NCBI GenBank assembly: GCA_004431415.1
Contig: QPMI01000494.1
Span: 310,001 to 374,000, forward strand
DNA: 64,000 bases
DNA from: Cyanophora paradoxa CCMP329
Lineage: Eukaryota > Plantae > Glaucophyta
Direction of reading: 5' to 3'
The notes beneath the pieces were generated by a model. It did not search any database. It was given only the letters and a program-made list of their open reading frames with translations, and had not been told where the DNA came from. Made by a program: the position numbers and the translations under genes. Below are positions 60,082-64,000 of the stretch, piece by piece; position 1 is the first letter of the stretch; each line of letters begins with the position of its first letter.

Positions 60082-61265
60082 CCCTGCGAGCTCGCGATCT
60101 AGACTCTGCGGGCGGTCGGCATCAATTGGATGCGCCGCAGCAGCGAGCTCCGACTCGAGTGAACTTCGGAGGGCGCATCGGTTCGAGCACATTGCGGCGA
60201 CTGGCGCACCCGTGAACGGAGATGCCTGCAGCTGCGGCTGGCGCGCGGCGGTGCTTGCTGCGAATGGGGGGATGATCTGCAGAGGGGTACGTCCTGACGG
60301 CCGCTGATCAACGCACTCATGCAACTAGTACTCGAGCTCCGAGGCTCAATGCATGCGCAAGCTCGCGGAGTCCGGATCCGGGATTTCCGAAGTTAAAATG
60401 CGCGCGAGCCTCGGAGACGTCGACTCGGCGACGGTCAGACAGGTATACCGTAGTACGTATACGTACAGACAGAATCTATATATAGCTCAGCGGCTATAGC
60501 TAGATCATCGAATCGGGTCGAGGCCTTCAAGGCTTTAGCTCGACCGCAGCGGCGCCGGATCGAGGCCTAGACTTGTAAGCTCGACCGCCGGGCACAATCT
60601 AGAACGATATCGTCGACCGTCGATCCGACGTCGACACGCGTACGAGGCCTGGAAATATCGAGAAACACAGCACTAGTACTGCAGCTGCGGCATTCAATTT
60701 AATTCCGATCCACGTACACAGAAAGGGACACGTCAGTTAGTTAGGTTTCAAGTTTCGATTTCGTTCACTTCTTCGAGTCTACAACATGTGCGCGTCCTTG
60801 CGTATACGGCGCGAATCGAAGATTCGGGGAATTAAAAAAATCATCTTGGGCAATCTCAAAGCACTGTCACTCTCGAAGAAAAGGAAACGGTTCACGAATC
60901 GAGCAAATGCAAGAAAGGAGAGAAAGCAAATCGCACACTAATCAAACAGCAGAGGCCAAACGGGAAATGAAAGAGGCTTCCGAAATTCAATAATACACAC
61001 AACAATCCGCTTCCGGATCCGGGACACCTTGAGCTGAGCTGAGCAAATCAAAGCTGAGCAAGGCTGAGCTTTTATAATTAAGCCTAAACTTCGCTTATTA
61101 AAGCCAAGCTAAGCTAATTACTATGAGCTTGAGCCCTAAGCTGAGCTTCGCCCAAGCTGTGCCTAAAGCTAAGCCAGCAAATCCAAGCTTGAGCCGTACG
61201 CTTCGCTAATTAAAGCCACGCAAAGCTTATCACAAGCTTCTCCAGGATGCCCAAGCTGTGCCCGG

Positions 61266-64000
61266 CTAGTCGCGGCGCTTCTGCTTCTTCTTCTTCTTCT
61301 TGCCCTTGCCTTGGTTCGAGCCCTCGGCGGGGCCGGCGGTCGCCTCGGAGGCCCGCTGGTAGTCTTCGGCTGCCTGCAGAAGGGGCGCGGGGCGGGGCGG
61401 GGCGGGGCGGGCGCCGTCAGCGCTCGGGCCCGGGCGGGGTCGATCCGGGCCCGGCAGGAAGTGGTCCCAATGTTCAGATGTCCTAATGGTTTGTAGGGGC
61501 CCGGGCGGGGGCCGGGGATCGGGGCCCGGGGCCCGGAGGGGGGAGGGGGGGGGGGGGTAGCGGACCTCGGCGAGGTTGGCGCGGATCGTCTCCAGCCGCG
61601 TCCGCAGCGCCTCCGCCTGCGACCGCGCGGGGCGCGATCAGATCAAAAGAGGAGGGGGGGGGGTACGGGGAGAAGAGAAGAGGGGGGTACGGGCGGACCT
61701 CGGCGAGCTTGCGCTCGATCTCGGCGGCCTCCTCCTCGGGGCTCCGCGGCGAGCGGCGCCCGCCCGACGCGCCCTCCGCCTCGCTCAGGTCCCGCTCGTC
61801 CAGGTACTCCAGCAGCCGCAGCAGGTACACCTGCGGGCGCGGCTGGTCAGACAGACAGACAGCGAGGGGTGCGAGGTGCCGCTAAGATAGTGCTGCTAAG
61901 ATAGATAGAGCCGCAGGAGGTACACCTGGGGCGGGGCAGGGCGGGGCGGGGCGGGGCGGGGCGGGGCGGGGCGGAGCGGGGCGGCGAAGGCCAGACGTCC
62001 GGGGGGGGCGGGGCGGGGCGGCGCCGGTCAGACAGGGCCGGGGCGGCGGGGGGGGGCGGGAGGGCGAGGTGCTGCTGAGATAGATCCGTCAAGTTCTTAG
62101 ATTCGTAGATTTGATTTGATTAGATTAGATTAGATAAGAAGGGCCAGAATCTCTTGTGCTCAGGGGCTCAAGGAGGGCTTCAAATGCTTAAGATGTTTAG
62201 ACCTTGGCCCGCAAGCTAGAAACGCTAGAAACGCTTAGAGGCTTAAGAAGGGCTTAACGTTCTTAAGAAGAAGAAGGTTCTTAAGTTCTTAGACTACAGC
62301 TAGGACGCTTTACAGCCTTGGCCCGGAAGCTGGGAATGCATAAGAAGGGCTTCAAAGTTCTTAAGAAGGGACCTTGCTGGGTGCTGCTAGGACCTTGCTA
62401 AAAGGGCTTCAGAGCGGGTGCTGCGTTCCTTAGAGGCTTAAGATGCTTAGAATACAGGTAGGAAGCTTAGGGCCCTGTCCCATTAAGAAGGGAAAGCTAC
62501 AGCTTAACTTAAGAAGGGCTCTGTCTAAACTAGAGCTAGGAGGCCTAGGGGGGAACCCTGGGCGGACCTTGACAGCGGAGCGGGTGCGGCGGGTCTGCTC
62601 GGAGAGGCCCCCGCCGACCTCGCGCCGCAGCTCCTCCAGCTCCTCTCGCCACTCCTTCGCCCCGAAGTCTGAAGAGAAGAGAAGAAGCGTCAGCGAAGAG
62701 GCGTGCGCGCGACGACTAGCTAGCTGACTAGCTAGAGCCTAGCTAGACCCAGCCTTAGTTGTTGTTGTTGTTGTTGCCCGTTCCAGGCCTAGGGGCGGGC
62801 CGGGGCGGCTGCCAATCCCACCCGGGGCGGCGTGGCGGGGCCGCGGCCCGCTCGCACCCTCGGCGGCGGCGGCGAGGATGCTAAGACGGCTGAGGCCAGC
62901 AGGAGGGGGCCGCTGCTCGCACCCTTGGCGGCGGCGTCTAGATGATGCGTCTAGGCAAGTCTTGGCTGTCTTAGCGGCTGCTGGTCCCACGGGACAGAAC
63001 ATGGCAGAGCGAGGGCCGCGGCTCTTGGCGGCGGCAGCGAGGATGCGTCTAGTCTAAGACACCGCTAAGACGCCGCTAAGAAGGCTAAGAGAGCGCACCC
63101 TTGGCGGCGGCAGCGAGGATGCGTCTAGTCTAAGAGACCGCTAAGAGAGCTAAGACGGCTGAGGCCAGCAGGAGGGGGCCGCGGCGCGCACCCTTTGCGG
63201 CGGCGGCGAGGATGCGGAGGAGGCGCGGGACGACCGTCTCGAGGGCGTGCACCAGCGCGTCCAGGAGCGCCAGCGCCTGCAAAGGGAAGGGGATCAGAGG
63301 CGGCCGATGAGAAAGAAAAGAGAAGAGCTTAGAGCGCTTAGAGGCCGTCCGTCAACCAAGGGGCAGGTTCCGAGGCGTGCGCACGCGCGTGCGCAAGCAA
63401 GCAAGCTGTTGAGGTCTCTAAGGCGTCCCCTCTAGCCGCTCCGACGCGCGCGGCGGGGGCCAGCGAGCGCTCCAAAGAGCACTAAGGAGGCTAAGAAAGG
63501 CAGTCGCTAAGAAAGCGGGCGCTAAAAATGCTTAGAAAGCATGCGCCGAGAAAGGGCGGACCTCGTCCCACCACGTCTGGTCCCGCTCGTACTCCCCCGC
63601 GCTCGCGAAGGCCTCGACGGTCTCCCCCGCGGCGCCGTCCTTGGCAAGCGAGGCGCCCTCCTGCCTCCGCGCCGGCAGGGACGACGACGACGAGGCCTGG
63701 GGCGAAGAAGTGGAGGAGGCGGAGGAAGAAGGGGGCAGGGCGGCCTTGTTCTCCCGCTCCTGCTCCTCCTCCTCGTCCTTGCCTCCGCCGAAGGCGCGGG
63801 ACCAGGTGCGGGCGAGGCCGGCTCGGATCTCCGCCCGCTGCCGCTTGCGCCCGCGCTTCAGGACCTCGGGCACCGCGAAGAGGTCCGTGATCGACTCCGG
63901 GTCCTGAAGTTTCTTAGGAAGGAGGTAGGAGGCGGGCAGGGCGGGGCACCTTGTCGGGCTTGCCGTCGGCCCGCTTGGCGGCGACGCGGGCGATGGCCCC
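61266..64000 (-). CDS. Hypothetical coiled-coil protein, 3' part only (runs off the window)
   Basis: Exons DPESITDLFAVPEVLKRGRKRQRAEIR...WWDE, ALALLDALVHALETVVPRLLRILAAAAK, FGAKEWREELEELRRE, VYLLRLLEYLDERD...ERKLAE, AEALRTRLETIRANLAE, ...GKGKKKKKQKRRD*. Confidence 0.55.

Overview
Intron-dense, GC-rich microbial eukaryote DNA. Most introns are 50-250 nt, donors are GTGCG[C/T] with frequent GC variants, and branch points are CTGAC-like. A BBS1-type domain implies a ciliated lineage; the style resembles the glaucophyte Cyanophora, but that is only a guess. Long poly-C/G runs suggest long-read homopolymer errors, so exon frames were reconstructed by hand. The main content is what looks like an innate-immunity locus. 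(i) A large N-acylated NLR-like gene (10038-~23437, +) has the order helical/ARM-like - TIR - SAM - SAM - NACHT - pentapeptide - 14 WD40 exons. (ii) It is flanked by two copies of a SAM-TIR gene on the minus strand: one head-to-head with it (~6603-9820) and one fused to a complete BBS1-type beta-propeller (26008-29635). (iii) A paralogous NLR (37245-46081, +) lacks the TIR-SAM-SAM block. In both NLRs each WD40 unit is its own phase-0 exon, and in NLR1 the variation is concentrated at HET-E-like ligand-facing positions. Also present: a formate/nitrite transporter, a large secreted subtilase, a ricin-B-like/profilin fusion, three hypothetical genes, a pseudogene fragment, a candidate newly born 54-nt intron and a small GNRA-capped structured insertion. 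No rRNA, tRNA or CRISPR array was recognised.
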